From positions 290,902-354,901 of the forward strand of contig JBPOGI010000006.1 in the NCBI GenBank assembly GCA_051251855.1: a stretch of 64,000 bases of DNA. Reading direction: 5' to 3'. How positions within the stretch are numbered: position 1 is the first letter of the stretch; every line of letters starts with the position of its first letter. This document shows positions 18,705 to 28,893 of the stretch, one piece after another. Under the pieces are notes generated by a model. That model was given only the letters and a program-made list of their open reading frames with translations. It was not told where the DNA came from and made no database searches. Both the position numbers and the translations under genes were made by a program. Source of the stretch: Roseibacillus sp. (GTDB taxonomy: Bacteria > Verrucomicrobiota > Verrucomicrobiia > Verrucomicrobiales > Akkermansiaceae).

Positions 18705-20561
18705 ATGTGTGGAATCGTAGGTTACAGCGGCACCCAGTCCGCTGCCCCCATTTTGTTGAACGGCCTTAAGAGGCTCGAGTATCGCGGATATGATTCCGCA
18801 GGTCTTGCCTTGGCCTCTTCCGAAGGGATTCGCGTAGAGAAGTCTGAAGGTAAAGTCGCGAATCTGGTGACCAAGTTGGGTGACTTTGAAAAAGTGCCTT
18901 CTTTGGGAGGCGCGACGTCAGGAATTGCGCACACGCGATGGGCAACCCATGGACCACCGACGACGGTGAATGCTCACCCGCACGCGGCTTGCCCAGCAGG
19001 GGATTCGGTCAATCGGGTGGCGCTGGTTCACAATGGCATCATTGAGAACTATAAGAACTTAAAGGCTCGTCTTGAAGAGCAAGGGCGCGTTTTTCTTTCG
19101 GAAACAGATACGGAAGTTTTGGCCCATCTCGTGGATTCGCTTTATGAGGGAGATTTAGTTAAAGCGGTGACTTCGGCGCTGAACCAAGTGGAGGGAACTT
19201 TCGGGATTGCCTGTATTACTGCTGATGAGCCAGGAGTGATGGTAGTGGCCCGCCGGGGAAGTCCGATTGTGATCGGTTTAGGTGAAGATGAGACCCTCGT
19301 GGCCAGTGATGCCTCTGCGATTCTGCGATACACGCGACAGGTGATCTACCTCGACGACAACGATGTCGCACGAATCGAAGGAGCTAAGGTAGATATTTGC
19401 AGTCTCGATGCGATGCCAGTCACACGTGAGGCGACTCAGATCGATTGGTCGGATGATGCTGCCGAAAAAGGGGGGTACGCCCATTACATGCTCAAAGAAA
19501 TCTACGAGCAGCCTGAGTCGATTTGGAACACTATTCGCGGTCGTATGGATTCGGATCGTGGTAACGCGGTTCTATCGGGCCTCAATGTCGCTCCACGCGA
19601 TTTGGCGGAGTTGCATCGAGTGCTCTTGATTGGATGCGGAACTTCTCTCAATGCCGGGTTGGTAGGGGAGTACGCGATTGAAGACTTTGCCGGTATCCCA
19701 GCTGAGGTCGAGCAAGCGGCTGAGTTTCGTTACCGCAATCCTATTGTGGGAGCTAAGGACTTGGTTCTTGCGATTTCTCAGAGTGGCGAAACAGCCGATA
19801 CTCTCGCGGCAGTGAGAGAAGCAGTCGATAAGGGAGCTTTGGTTGCCGGTTTAGTCAATGTTGTAGGTTCGACCATTGCTCGCGAGACGGGGCGGGGAAT
19901 CTATCTTCATGCAGGACCAGAAATTTCGGTGGCTTCCACCAAGGCGTTTACTTCTCAGGTGAGCTGTCTTTTGATGATTGCGCTCAAGTTCGCTCGGGCA
20001 GCTCGGATGTCGCGTGAGCGTGGGGTGCGATTCGTGAAGGAGATTGAGGCGATTCCCGACCATGTGAGAGAAGTTCTCGCGCAGAATGATCACATTGCGA
20101 AAGTGGCGGAGAATTATATCCAGGCCGAAAACGCGTTCTATATTGGACGTGGGTACATGTATCCAGTAGCTCTGGAAGGGGCGCTGAAGATTAAGGAAAT
20201 CAGTTACATTCACGCCGAGGCGTTTCACGCTGCTGAATTGAAGCATGGCTCTATTGCCTTGTTAACTGAGGAGGTTCCCATCATCGCCCTGGTACCCGAT
20301 GGTCCAGGGAAAGACAAAACGCTTTCGAATGTGGCAGAGTGTCGCGCGCGTGGCTCTAAGGTTTTACTCGTAGCTACTGAAGGCGATGATGAGGTGAATG
20401 ACTATGGTGATGACATCATTCGCATCCCTAGAGCTCCGCTACATGCGGCAGTTATTCCTGCGACAGTTGCGCTGCAGCTTTTTGCTTATCACGTAGCGCG
20501 CTTGAGGGATTGTCCGATTGATCAGCCACGCAACTTGGCGAAGAGTGTCACGGTTGAGTAG
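18705..20561 (+). CDS. glmS: Glutamine--fructose-6-phosphate transaminase (isomerizing)
   Basis: MCGIVG N-terminus at 18705, LEYRGYDSAG, HTRWATHG, SQSGETADT, PRNLAKSVTVE C-terminus. Confidence 0.98.
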   Translation: MCGIVGYSGTQSAAPILLNGLKRLEYRGYDSAGLALASSEGIRVEKSEGKVANLVTKLGDFEKVPSLGGATSGIAHTRWATHGPPTTVNAHPHAACPAGDSVNRVALVHNGIIENYKNLKARLEEQGRVFLSETDTEVLAHLVDSLYEGDLVKAVTSALNQVEGTFGIACITADEPGVMVVARRGSPIVIGLGEDETLVASDASAILRYTRQVIYLDDNDVARIEGAKVDICSLDAMPVTREATQIDWSDDAAEKGGYAHYMLKEIYEQPESIWNTIRGRMDSDRGNAVLSGLNVAPRDLAELHRVLLIGCGTSLNAGLVGEYAIEDFAGIPAEVEQAAEFRYRNPIVGAKDLVLAISQSGETADTLAAVREAVDKGALVAGLVNVVGSTIARETGRGIYLHAGPEISVASTKAFTSQVSCLLMIALKFARAARMSRERGVRFVKEIEAIPDHVREVLAQNDHIAKVAENYIQAENAFYIGRGYMYPVALEGALKIKEISYIHAEAFHAAELKHGSIALLTEEVPIIALVPDGPGKDKTLSNVAECRARGSKVLLVATEGDDEVNDYGDDIIRIPRAPLHAAVIPATVALQLFAYHVARLRDCPIDQPRNLAKSVTVE

Positions 20562-20607
20562 GCTTTCCACGAGGCGGCGACATTGTGTATCGCTCTTTCG
20601 TTTCTTC

Positions 20608-21825
20608 TTAAAAGAAGAAGGTGAGATTCATTTCCAAGAGGTCTCCCTCGAGCTCATTCTTAATCTCCGGTGGCATGGCTGGAATCTTCGCTTTCTGAAT
20701 AGCTCGCATCGTGAAGCCTTCTTGAATGGCTCCCCCTGCAATGCGGGAATCGAATCGGAAGCCGGTGACTTTGCCGGTCTCGTTGATAGAAAAACTAACA
20801 GAAAGAACGCCGGGAAGGATGTGTTCGCGGCGGAGGATGCACTCCCGTTGCCAGGCTTTCTCGACCTCTTTATTCACTTGGGCGAAGTAGCGCCCTTTGA
20901 CGCTGTCCTCGACTTCAAGAGAGCTTTCACCCCGGCGGCGGATGGTGCCGCTCATTCGAGTGCGACTTGCCTCTCTGTCGTAGCCGCTTTCGAGACCTCG
21001 GTTGCCAGTAACACCGCCAGCCATGGAGGTCGGTTGAGGCTGGGCCTTGGGTTCGGGGATGGCCTCCTCTGGTGCCACTTCTTCTTTGGGTTCGGGGGTT
21101 TCTTCTTTTTTGGGGACAGGAATACTTTCGTTGAACGCAAGGAGCTCAGCCGCTTTGGCTTGAGCCATTTCTAAGCGTTGTTCATCGGTGGGCTCGCTCG
21201 GTTCGGTAGGCTCAAAAACAGGTGTCTCGGGTACGGGTTCGTCCATGAGCTCGGTAACTTCGGTCGGTTTGCTTTCCAGCATTTCCGCTTCGGGAATAGG
21301 CTCATTGAGGAGGGCGGTGGGGGAGAGAGGGAGGGGCTCGCCGGGTGTGCCAGGAGCACCAGTGGTATCACCATCGGCAAAGTCGGAGCTTGTGAGTTCG
21401 AGGTCGTTCTCGGTGAGCGCCTCGCGTCCGTCTTGGGAGGGGACCTCTAAGCCCTCCTCCATGACTTCGCCTTCACTTGCAGCAGCGGTATTTCGTTCGC
21501 CAAAGTAGCGCTGGGAGGTAACTTGCTCTGTGGTCTCTTGGTTCGGGCGAGTAGGCTGAAACCTCTTTTCAGGAGCTTGAGGTTTGGGGGCCAGTTCGGG
21601 TTCGGGCTTTGCGTTTTGAATGGCTTCCACCATTTCCATGGGCATGGTGACGTATTTGTCTTCTGCGATGACGTCTTCTACGAACTCGCGAGCGTTGATT
21701 GTGAACACTTCAAGGAAAATGGCGCCAATCCAGAGCGCTACCAGAAACACGTGCACCGCAACCGAGACCAAGAAGGCCTTGGTCCAATCATAGGAGCGGG
21801 GTTTGCGTATCGAGTAGGTGTTCAT
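20608..21825 (-). CDS. TonB/TolA-like energy-transducer protein (TonB C-terminal domain)
   Basis: N-terminal TM with SVAVH (S-x3-H), long Pro/Glu-rich linker, C-terminal Y...V...W...VSFSINETGKV domain. Confidence 0.75.
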   Translation of the reverse strand: MNTYSIRKPRSYDWTKAFLVSVAVHVFLVALWIGAIFLEVFTINAREFVEDVIAEDKYVTMPMEMVEAIQNAKPEPELAPKPQAPEKRFQPTRPNQETTEQVTSQRYFGERNTAAASEGEVMEEGLEVPSQDGREALTENDLELTSSDFADGDTTGAPGTPGEPLPLSPTALLNEPIPEAEMLESKPTEVTELMDEPVPETPVFEPTEPSEPTDEQRLEMAQAKAAELLAFNESIPVPKKEETPEPKEEVAPEEAIPEPKAQPQPTSMAGGVTGNRGLESGYDREASRTRMSGTIRRRGESSLEVEDSVKGRYFAQVNKEVEKAWQRECILRREHILPGVLSVSFSINETGKVTGFRFDSRIAGGAIQEGFTMRAIQKAKIPAMPPEIKNELEGDLLEMNLTFFF

Positions 21826-22114
21826 GGTTGAACTGGGCAGAGCTATATTATGGGACAAGCTGCGATTTCAGCTACAAAAACCTGCTGAGACGTGAAGTTT
21901 CGGTTGTAAATAGAAAGATGGGAGAAGATTTCATTGCTCCTTGGCGCTTTCCTATTTGGTCCGCCAGCCCTCACCGACTTCCTGCTGCGTTCTTGATGTA
22001 GCGTGAATTGTCAGTTTACGCGCTGTCGGGGAGTCGCGGGAATATGTTCCATTCACCTGCTGTCAGTATTTTGAATTTTGTTGCGGTTGGAATACCCTGA
22101 GCGATGAGGATTGC

Positions 22115-22594
22115 TTGAGATTTAATCAATCCTCTCTCTCGATTCCTTGTTTGTGTGCTGCCTCTTTGTTTACCTTGAATTTGAAGGCTGATGAAAATTC
22201 TGAGAAGAAAATTGTCGAACAGGTGATGGTGGAGGGTAAGATTCTTGATGTCTCAAACTTCTATATCGGAGACGTGGGCATCGCAGCCTACGAGACTCAC
22301 GAGTCAAAGGACTTTAAAGCATGTTCTGAGGTGCTTGTAAAACTTGCTGGATTTGTGGCGAGCGAAGCACGCCTTTCACGCAAGCCTAAAGCTGCGTCGA
22401 TGTTGGAGAGGAGTGCGGCATCGCTCACTAAGCTGGCCGCTCGTTTGCTCATCAAAAGGTCGCCTTCGATTGACCAGATCGAGCTCCCTCTGGCTCAGAT
22501 TGATCGAGGGCTTGAGCTCTCTTATGGAGTATCAGCTGGATGGATTCTCAAGGCTTGGACAGGCTCTCAAAAGAAAAAAGAATCGAGCCCGTAG
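22115..22594 (+). CDS. Hypothetical exported helical protein (possibly degraded)
   Basis: 159-aa ORF with signal-like start; its N-terminal part is paralogous to 26400-26525. Confidence 0.5.
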   Translation: MRFNQSSLSIPCLCAASLFTLNLKADENSEKKIVEQVMVEGKILDVSNFYIGDVGIAAYETHESKDFKACSEVLVKLAGFVASEARLSRKPKAASMLERSAASLTKLAARLLIKRSPSIDQIELPLAQIDRGLELSYGVSAGWILKAWTGSQKKKESSP

Positions 22595-22850
22595 AAGCGC
22601 TGCAGGTCGGTTTCTAGGATACTTGCTCTCATATTTTCAGGGTGTCTGGAGTTTCTAAAGCCAAGTGTTGGCAGGGTAACGCGAAAGGTCCTGCCCCTTG
22701 GGGTGGGGAAAGTTTAGCTCAAGCGTGTTGCTGACAGTCGTAGATTTTTCCCTACCAATTGACTCCCGAAGAAAACACCATGAGGCCAATCTAGGGGACT
22801 TCTCAGTCAGAAGTGATAAGGTTTCTACTGGAAACCACCGAAGTTGAGGG

Positions 22851-23762
22851 CTACCCTTTCCCCTTCGTTTTGGTCGAGGTTTTGCCTTTCGTCACATTGT
22901 CGAAGATGTGATCGATGATCATGCCGGAGACGTCTTTACCGGTTGCCTTCTCGATACCTTCGAGACCAGGGGAGCTATTCACTTCCATCACAACAGGGCC
23001 ATCTTTGGAGCGTAGGAGATCGACTCCTGCCATCCCAAGTCCCATGATGCGGGCTGCATTGACAGCGGTACTCCGTTCTTTTGCGGTGAGTTTTTCCAGA
23101 GTAGCGCTACCGCCACGATGGAGATTGGATCGGAATTCGCCCTCTGCCCCTTGCCGCTTCATGGCAGCGACCACCTTGTTGCCGATGACTAGGCAGCGGA
23201 TGTCAGCTCCTCCAGCTTCTTTGATGAACTGTTGCACGAGGATGTTAGAGTCCAATCCTCGGAAGGCCTCGATGACGGACTCGGCAGCCTTGGCTGTCTC
23301 CGCGAGCACGACGCCGATTCCTTGAGTGCCTTCTAACAGTTTAATGACGAGAGGTGCTCCGCCGCAAATTTTGATAAGGTGTTTGGTTGCTTTGGTATCG
23401 TGGGCAAAGGCGGTTACCGGAAGTCCTACTCCCTTGCGCGCGAGGAGTTGTAAGCTGCGGAGTTTGTCACGTGAACGGGAGATGGCGACTGACTCATTCA
23501 CGGAATAGACGCCCATCATCTCGAACTGACGCACCACGGCGGTGCCGAAGAAAGTTTGGGACGCTCCGATCCGGGGGATGATGGCATCGAAACCTTCGAG
23601 GGAACGATCACCGAGATAAATCTCCGGTTTGGCAGAAGTGATATTCATGTGACATCGAGGATAATCGATAACCTCGATCTCATGTTCTCGCTCTTCGGCG
23701 GCCTTCACGAGGGCATCGGTGGAATAGAGGCGACGGTTCCGGGAGAGAATAGCAATTTTCAT
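22851..23762 (-). CDS. rimK: RimK family alpha-L-glutamate ligase (ATP-grasp)
   Basis: [58 protein letters not shown]. Confidence 0.95.
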   Translation of the reverse strand: MKIAILSRNRRLYSTDALVKAAEEREHEIEVIDYPRCHMNITSAKPEIYLGDRSLEGFDAIIPRIGASQTFFGTAVVRQFEMMGVYSVNESVAISRSRDKLRSLQLLARKGVGLPVTAFAHDTKATKHLIKICGGAPLVIKLLEGTQGIGVVLAETAKAAESVIEAFRGLDSNILVQQFIKEAGGADIRCLVIGNKVVAAMKRQGAEGEFRSNLHRGGSATLEKLTAKERSTAVNAARIMGLGMAGVDLLRSKDGPVVMEVNSSPGLEGIEKATGKDVSGMIIDHIFDNVTKGKTSTKTKGKG

Positions 23763-23987
23763 AGGGTTCACATCCTTTAGCTGATATGATACTGGAATCA
23801 TGGCTCTCTGAATTTTTTTAGTCAAAGGAGTTCGATTGCGATGACTCGTAGGCGTCAGTTCTCTCTCTAAAAGCGTTGGGACAATTTTAACAGTCTTGGT
23901 GTGGTCTAGCTTTGGGCTCGCGGTTACGGCTGACCGCTACCGCAGTTGGGTTGGAGTTTGCGATTTCCTCATCTGGCTTAAGGCGGC

Positions 23988-24893
23988 TCAGATCACTTCA
24001 AAGAAGGTGGGGCGGATGCGAACCGAACTGGTCAATGTGGACGAGACAAGCCCCGCGCTGTGGTAGGACCCTTGAATCGGGTTGATACTTTCTGCAACCA
24101 CAGCATGTGCCACTGGGACGTAATAGTTGTTACAGAACAAGCCGTAGGTCGGATCGATTCCTCGCCAACCTGCGCCAGGGAGGAACACCTCGGCCCACGC
24201 ATGCATGTCGCCGGGGAGGTTTGGGTCTAGACCCGGGTCATAGACATAGCCGCTGACAAAGCGAGCTGCTACCCCCAAGGTCCGCGCGCATGCGATAAAG
24301 AGGGTGGCATAGTCGCGGCATGAACCTGAATTCAGCTGAATGGTTTTGAGCGGTTTTTGAATTCCCTCCTCGTCACGACGCTCGTACTTCACGTTGGCAT
24401 TGAGAGTCTGAATCAAGGCCATGAGCCAGGCTACAGTGTCCGTTGGTCGATGAATGAATCGATGGTTCAACCATTTGTTCAAGGCATCTTGAACTGCGGT
24501 TGGAGGAGGTGTTAGGTATAAAGAAAGGTTGGCAAGGTGGAGAGGTTCATAGGTGAAGGGCATGCTCTTGGCATAGTCACGAACCAAAAAGTCGAAGGGA
24601 GGAAGGTCCGTCGTTTCGACGATGCACTCGGAACAGATCTGCAAAGTATCGGACTGGAGGTGGAAGTGGACACTGGCTGGCAGATTGTCAAAGTCGTCGC
24701 GCATCCAATGAATTTGCCCTTCGGGTTGTAGAGTGAGTTCGAAGCTCTTCACATGTAAAAGTGAATTTTCACGTGGCCTGAGATAAACGAGATGCGGGTG
24801 TAGCTGCACGGCCTTTTCGTAAGAGTAGCGAGTGCTATGATTGATTTTTAAATTCAAGATTTTGAAGAGTTGCGGTGGAAAGCTCGGGTGCAA
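23988..24893 (-). CDS. Transglutaminase-like family protein (Bact_transglu_N + core)
   Basis: HSTRYSY...LRPR N-terminus; catalytic GSCRDYA, HAWAEV, GIDPT. The true start may be TTG 24857. Confidence 0.9.
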   Translation of the reverse strand: MHPSFPPQLFKILNLKINHSTRYSYEKAVQLHPHLVYLRPRENSLLHVKSFELTLQPEGQIHWMRDDFDNLPASVHFHLQSDTLQICSECIVETTDLPPFDFLVRDYAKSMPFTYEPLHLANLSLYLTPPPTAVQDALNKWLNHRFIHRPTDTVAWLMALIQTLNANVKYERRDEEGIQKPLKTIQLNSGSCRDYATLFIACARTLGVAARFVSGYVYDPGLDPNLPGDMHAWAEVFLPGAGWRGIDPTYGLFCNNYYVPVAHAVVAESINPIQGSYHSAGLVSSTLTSSVRIRPTFFEVI

Positions 24894-25221
24894 ATGACCG
24901 CGTGTACAGGGAGCGAGTTTAGTGACTCAAGAAGGGTGTAGATCACTTTTCCCCGTCTTAAAGGATGGCTCCTCCCTCAGAATACGAAAAGGAAAAACAT
25001 GAAGAAACCAAGGGGCGTGAGGTGATGCTCGAATTTCTGGAAGAACAGTGTCTGGATTCTTACTGGGAAGGGCTGAGATTGCGAATGGCTATTATGCCAC
25101 CCCATTTAAGAAATGGCGACTGGCAGAAATGCGAGCTCTTCGGTTCTGGAAGGGAGTTTTAGATAAAGTGTTCTTTTCCTAGGCTTCACTCTGCGAGTTG
25201 GCGTAATTGTTCAGTGCTTAA

Positions 25222-25953
25222 TCAGGTCCAAACATCAGATGTTAAAAGCTGCTTCGTCGCTGCTTCGGCCCAACCGCGGTTGGCGGCGGGGGAGGCGGGG
25301 GAAGGATGGAGGATGCGGCCGAGAGTGGCTTCGTAGCCCATGGTTGAGGCCGCTGTTTTGAGCTTTCCTTCAGCGTAGGCACCGACCCCGATCAGGTATT
25401 GGGGCTGGAGGGCTTCGATGACGGATCGGAGGTGGGCTTGGCAGGCTTCTTCGACCGGCACCAGGGAAGCTGCAGGGAGTTTGTCGGGGGTGAGGTTGGC
25501 GCCGGTGTCTTTCATCCAGACGAGGGGGCAATAATTGGTGATGAAGTGGTTGGCGAAGAAGTCAGCGGGGTCGGGGTATTTTTCGGCGAAGAGTCCCCAG
25601 AGGCGACGGCCGGAGACTTCGGAGCGCTCGCAGGCAAAGCCGGTGATAGGTCTTTTGGGGTGTTCGGTTTCAGGTTTGCCGACTTCGCCGGTGATTTTTA
25701 GCCAATCGCGAACGTGTTCGATTTCGCCAAAAGGGACTCCAGTTTGGGCCATGCCGTAGGGGCCTGGATTCATCCCCATGAAGAGAACACGCTTGGGGCC
25801 GGAGCCGTATTTTTCAAGATACTGGACGTGGGGTTCCCAAGCATACTCGAGGGGATTGTAAGTGTGGGTAACGGGGTCGGGAAAGGTGAGGTCGCGCAGA
25901 TTTTCTCGAAGATTGTCGGCGGCGGTGATGAGTTGGTCTGAGATGGAGGGCAT
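25222..25953 (-). CDS. SMUG1-family (family 3) single-strand-selective uracil-DNA glycosylase, intact copy
   Basis: YNPLEYAW, GMNPGPYGMAQTGVPFGE, SEVSGRRLWG, NYCPL, HPSPASP motifs. Confidence 0.93.
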   Translation of the reverse strand: MPSISDQLITAADNLRENLRDLTFPDPVTHTYNPLEYAWEPHVQYLEKYGSGPKRVLFMGMNPGPYGMAQTGVPFGEIEHVRDWLKITGEVGKPETEHPKRPITGFACERSEVSGRRLWGLFAEKYPDPADFFANHFITNYCPLVWMKDTGANLTPDKLPAASLVPVEEACQAHLRSVIEALQPQYLIGVGAYAEGKLKTAASTMGYEATLGRILHPSPASPAANRGWAEAATKQLLTSDVWT

Positions 25954-25954
25954 T

Positions 25955-26336
25955 TTAGGTGAGGTTGATTTCTTCGGCGTAGGATTTAATGGCTCGATAG
26001 GTTCGTCTAGTGGATCCGTAGCGGCCACTTTTTAGATTGAAAAGGGTCTCAGCCGAAACTCCAATTTTAGATTCTAGCTCGTAGCAAGAAAGGGCAGTTT
26101 CCTTGCAAATGGATTCAATGAGACTCGGAATATCCTCCAACCCATTTTCCACTTGGTATCCGAGGAACGCTTCAATTTTCGGGATACGAGAATAGCGAGG
26201 CTCCACGAGTCCGTGCTCCCAATCGGAAAAAATATCGCATGAAATGTCGAGGAGAGTTGCGGTTTCTTTTTGCGTTCATTCGAGGGCTTGGCGTCTTTGC
26301 CGGAGATGATAGCCTACTGGGATGGCTCTTAAGTAT
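25955..26336 (-). pseudogene. Pseudogene of double-HTH (XRE-like) regulator
   Basis: Aligns with intact 49484-49879 but has ATG>ATA at 26336, a ~14-nt deletion near the 5' end and TGG>TGA at 26276-26278. Confidence 0.85.
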
Positions 26337-26399
26337 TGAAAATGAGAGCTTTGAACAGAATTGGCAAAAGGTGGCAGAATCAACCTTGTCTCTCGTTTG

Positions 26400-26525
26400 C
26401 GCGCGACTTCTTTGAGCGTATTGAGCCTTCAGGCAAAAAAAGACCCAGAGAAAAAAGTGGTGGAACAGGTTCTGGAGGAGAGCACGATCTTTGAAATTGA
26501 GGATTTCTATGTTGGAGACATGGGG
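26400..26525 (+). pseudogene. Truncated paralog of the 22115-22594 gene
   Basis: LSLQAKKDPEKKVVEQVLEESTIFEIEDFYVGDMG vs LNLKADENSEKKIVEQVMVEGKILDVSNFYIGDVG; similarity stops abruptly after this. Confidence 0.7.
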
Positions 26526-26860
26526 TTCGGATGTCATGTCCGCACACTGCCAAGTATGAAGTTTTCCAGAAAGACGGCCAAGACTGGGTGCGATTCACCG
26601 TCTATCCCATCAAGCGTCACGACGAAGTCTAGACCCACGCCGAGGCTATTGTTTCCAACTATCGTGTGGCCCGTGACTCCGGTGGCCATGAAGAACGTCG
26701 ACGCTTCATCAAAACTCTTCTTAAAAGAGGGGACGAAACTTGGTAAATCGAAATCAGCCTATCCAATAGAGAGAACATGAAGTTCCACATGCTTCTTGGG
26801 CGGACAGGGTTAAACAAAGGTATCCTCCTCGATTGTTCGCAATCATACTGCACGCGATAG
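26517..26860 (+). pseudogene. Pseudogene of RimB-like (RimK-associated putative aspartic/'ATP-dependent zinc' protease)
   Basis: Manual translation: ...SCPHTAKYEVFQKDGQDWVRFTVYPIKRHDEV*THAEAIVSNYRVARDSGGHEERRRFIKTLLKRGDETW*IEISLSNRENMKFHMLLGRTGL...; in-frame stops at 26630 and 26744; N-terminus missing. Confidence 0.8.
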
Positions 26861-27323
26861 AAGCCCAAAAGCTAATCATCGTTGTAGAATGAACGGAGGC
26901 TTAAGAGCACCCCGAGTCGTTCATGTAAAGTTTTAAAAATGGGAGGTAAGATTGCTGATTTTTTTGGCGCGCTGAGGGAAGTTTTAATCGCGCGTGAATC
27001 TCTTGGAAAGGATAGGGATATCGTTGTTTTGACTGTTCGCGGAGATAGCTCTGACGCGCAATTGGGTCAAATTTTTGACGAGAGAGGAGTAGCATTCATT
27101 CTAGCAAAGAATGGTTGGCTTGGTCCACGCCTTTACCTCCTACGAAGTCTTGGGGATCAGTTCGTCGACATCGGTTAAGGGGTAAGCTACCACTCGTTGT
27201 GTGGGGGGCGATTGAAACATCTCACCAGACCAGAGATAAATCTGGTGAATGGAAAACCTGTCCTTGAGTTGCTCAGACGAAGTGTCTGGGCAGGTTTACT
27301 TAAGAATTCTAACATTTACTCCT

Positions 27324-28838
27324 ATGAAGACCTCATCTCCTAAGCCGAACGGAATTGTTCGAACACTTTCGCTGCTCTCTCTCTTGGCTGGCTTTGCTTC
27401 TGCGGAATCAAATCGACCAAACATCATTTTCCTTTTCGCGGACGATCAGAGGGCCGACACCATTGGGGCTCACGGAAATCCTCATATTCAGACGCCCCAT
27501 CTCGATAAGCTGGCAGAGTCGGGATTTAGCTTCCGGAGAAACTATTGCGCCGGTTCTTTCAGTGGTGCGGTTTGCGTTGCGAGTCGGGCGATGCTGATGA
27601 CGGGGCGGCATTGGATGAATCTCCCCGAAGAAAAGCCTGCATCGAACTGGGGCGATTCCACGCCCCTTCCTTCTCTCTTGAGCTCCAATGGTGACTATCG
27701 GTCCTTCATTATTGGAAAGTGGCACAACGGCTTGAGCTCCTTGGAAAGGTCGTTTACGGAGGGACGCTCGGTCTACATGGGGGGGATGGCCAATCATGCT
27801 GACTTCGAGGTGCAGGATCTCACCGAGGGAAAGCTTAGCGAAAAACGCAAAGCAGGTGACTTTTCAAGCACTGAATTTGCGAACGAAGCGGTGAGCTTTA
27901 TCGAGAGCGCTGAAAGCGAAGAACCCTTTTTTCTCTACGTCGCCTTTATGGCACCTCATGACCCTCGAAATCCTCCAGAAAAATTTCGCGAGATCTACTA
28001 CCAAAATCGTCCGCCGTTGCCTCCGAACTTTCTCCCTCAGCATCCCTTCCAAAACGCACCGCAGGCGACCTCAGGTCGGGACGAAGGTCTCGCCCCTTGG
28101 CCACGGACCAAAGAGATGATTAGTGATCAGCTCTGTGAATACTATGGTCTCGTCACCCAGCTCGACGAACAGGTCGGGCGTATTGTAAGTGCCCTCGCGG
28201 TAAGCCCTCACGCTGAGAACACGATCATTATTTACACCGCCGACCATGGACTTGCGATGGGGAGTCACGGTCTACTCGGAAAGCAAAACATCTATGAGCA
28301 GAGTATGCAGTGCCCCCTCATCCTCAGTGGTCCCGGTATTCCCGCCGGGGAATCGAGTGAGGCCTTCACCTACATTCATGATCTCTATGCGACGGTCTGC
28401 GATTTTGCCGATGTTGAGGCACCGGATACAATCGATGCAAAGACACTAGTGCCTCTTATCAAAGGGGAGTCTAACAGCATCCGTTCATCGCTTTTTCTGC
28501 CCTTTCAGGATAATCAACGAGCGGTGAGCGATGGTCGCTGGAAGTTGCACCTTTATCCAAAAATCAATCACCGCCTCCTCTTCGATCTCGCGAACGATCC
28601 ACATGAGATGACCAATCTCGCGGAAGATCCTGACTACAAAGATGAGGCTACCGAAATGCTCAAGCTGATGGAATCATGGCGAAGCGAACTAGGGGATCCC
28701 TTTCCGCTCAGGGTGGAAGAACCCGAACCAAAGGAGCCGCTCTACGGCAAAGGCGAACGAACCCTCGACCGCTGGCAACCGGAATGGATTCGCGAGAAGT
28801 ATTTTGATGGCAGAAAGAACTCGAACCACGGGAAATGA
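27324..28838 (+). CDS. Sulfatase (S1, choline-sulfatase-like)
   Basis: Signal peptide, PNIIFLFADD, CVASRAMLMTG, GKWH, PHDP, DHG, GKQNIYE. Confidence 0.93.
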   Translation: MKTSSPKPNGIVRTLSLLSLLAGFASAESNRPNIIFLFADDQRADTIGAHGNPHIQTPHLDKLAESGFSFRRNYCAGSFSGAVCVASRAMLMTGRHWMNLPEEKPASNWGDSTPLPSLLSSNGDYRSFIIGKWHNGLSSLERSFTEGRSVYMGGMANHADFEVQDLTEGKLSEKRKAGDFSSTEFANEAVSFIESAESEEPFFLYVAFMAPHDPRNPPEKFREIYYQNRPPLPPNFLPQHPFQNAPQATSGRDEGLAPWPRTKEMISDQLCEYYGLVTQLDEQVGRIVSALAVSPHAENTIIIYTADHGLAMGSHGLLGKQNIYEQSMQCPLILSGPGIPAGESSEAFTYIHDLYATVCDFADVEAPDTIDAKTLVPLIKGESNSIRSSLFLPFQDNQRAVSDGRWKLHLYPKINHRLLFDLANDPHEMTNLAEDPDYKDEATEMLKLMESWRSELGDPFPLRVEEPEPKEPLYGKGERTLDRWQPEWIREKYFDGRKNSNHGK

Positions 28839-28893
28839 CCCTCGAACCCTCAGGAGGGGGAAGCCCTAGGTGCCTCGGTCACTAGGTTCCGCT

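Noticed and set aside
24965..25162. 65-aa ORF between the transglutaminase and SMUG1
   Set aside because: No motif or homolog recognisable; may be a remnant, so not called.
26901..27178. Short ORFs at the island's left edge
   Set aside because: No recognisable family on either strand; probably decayed sequence.
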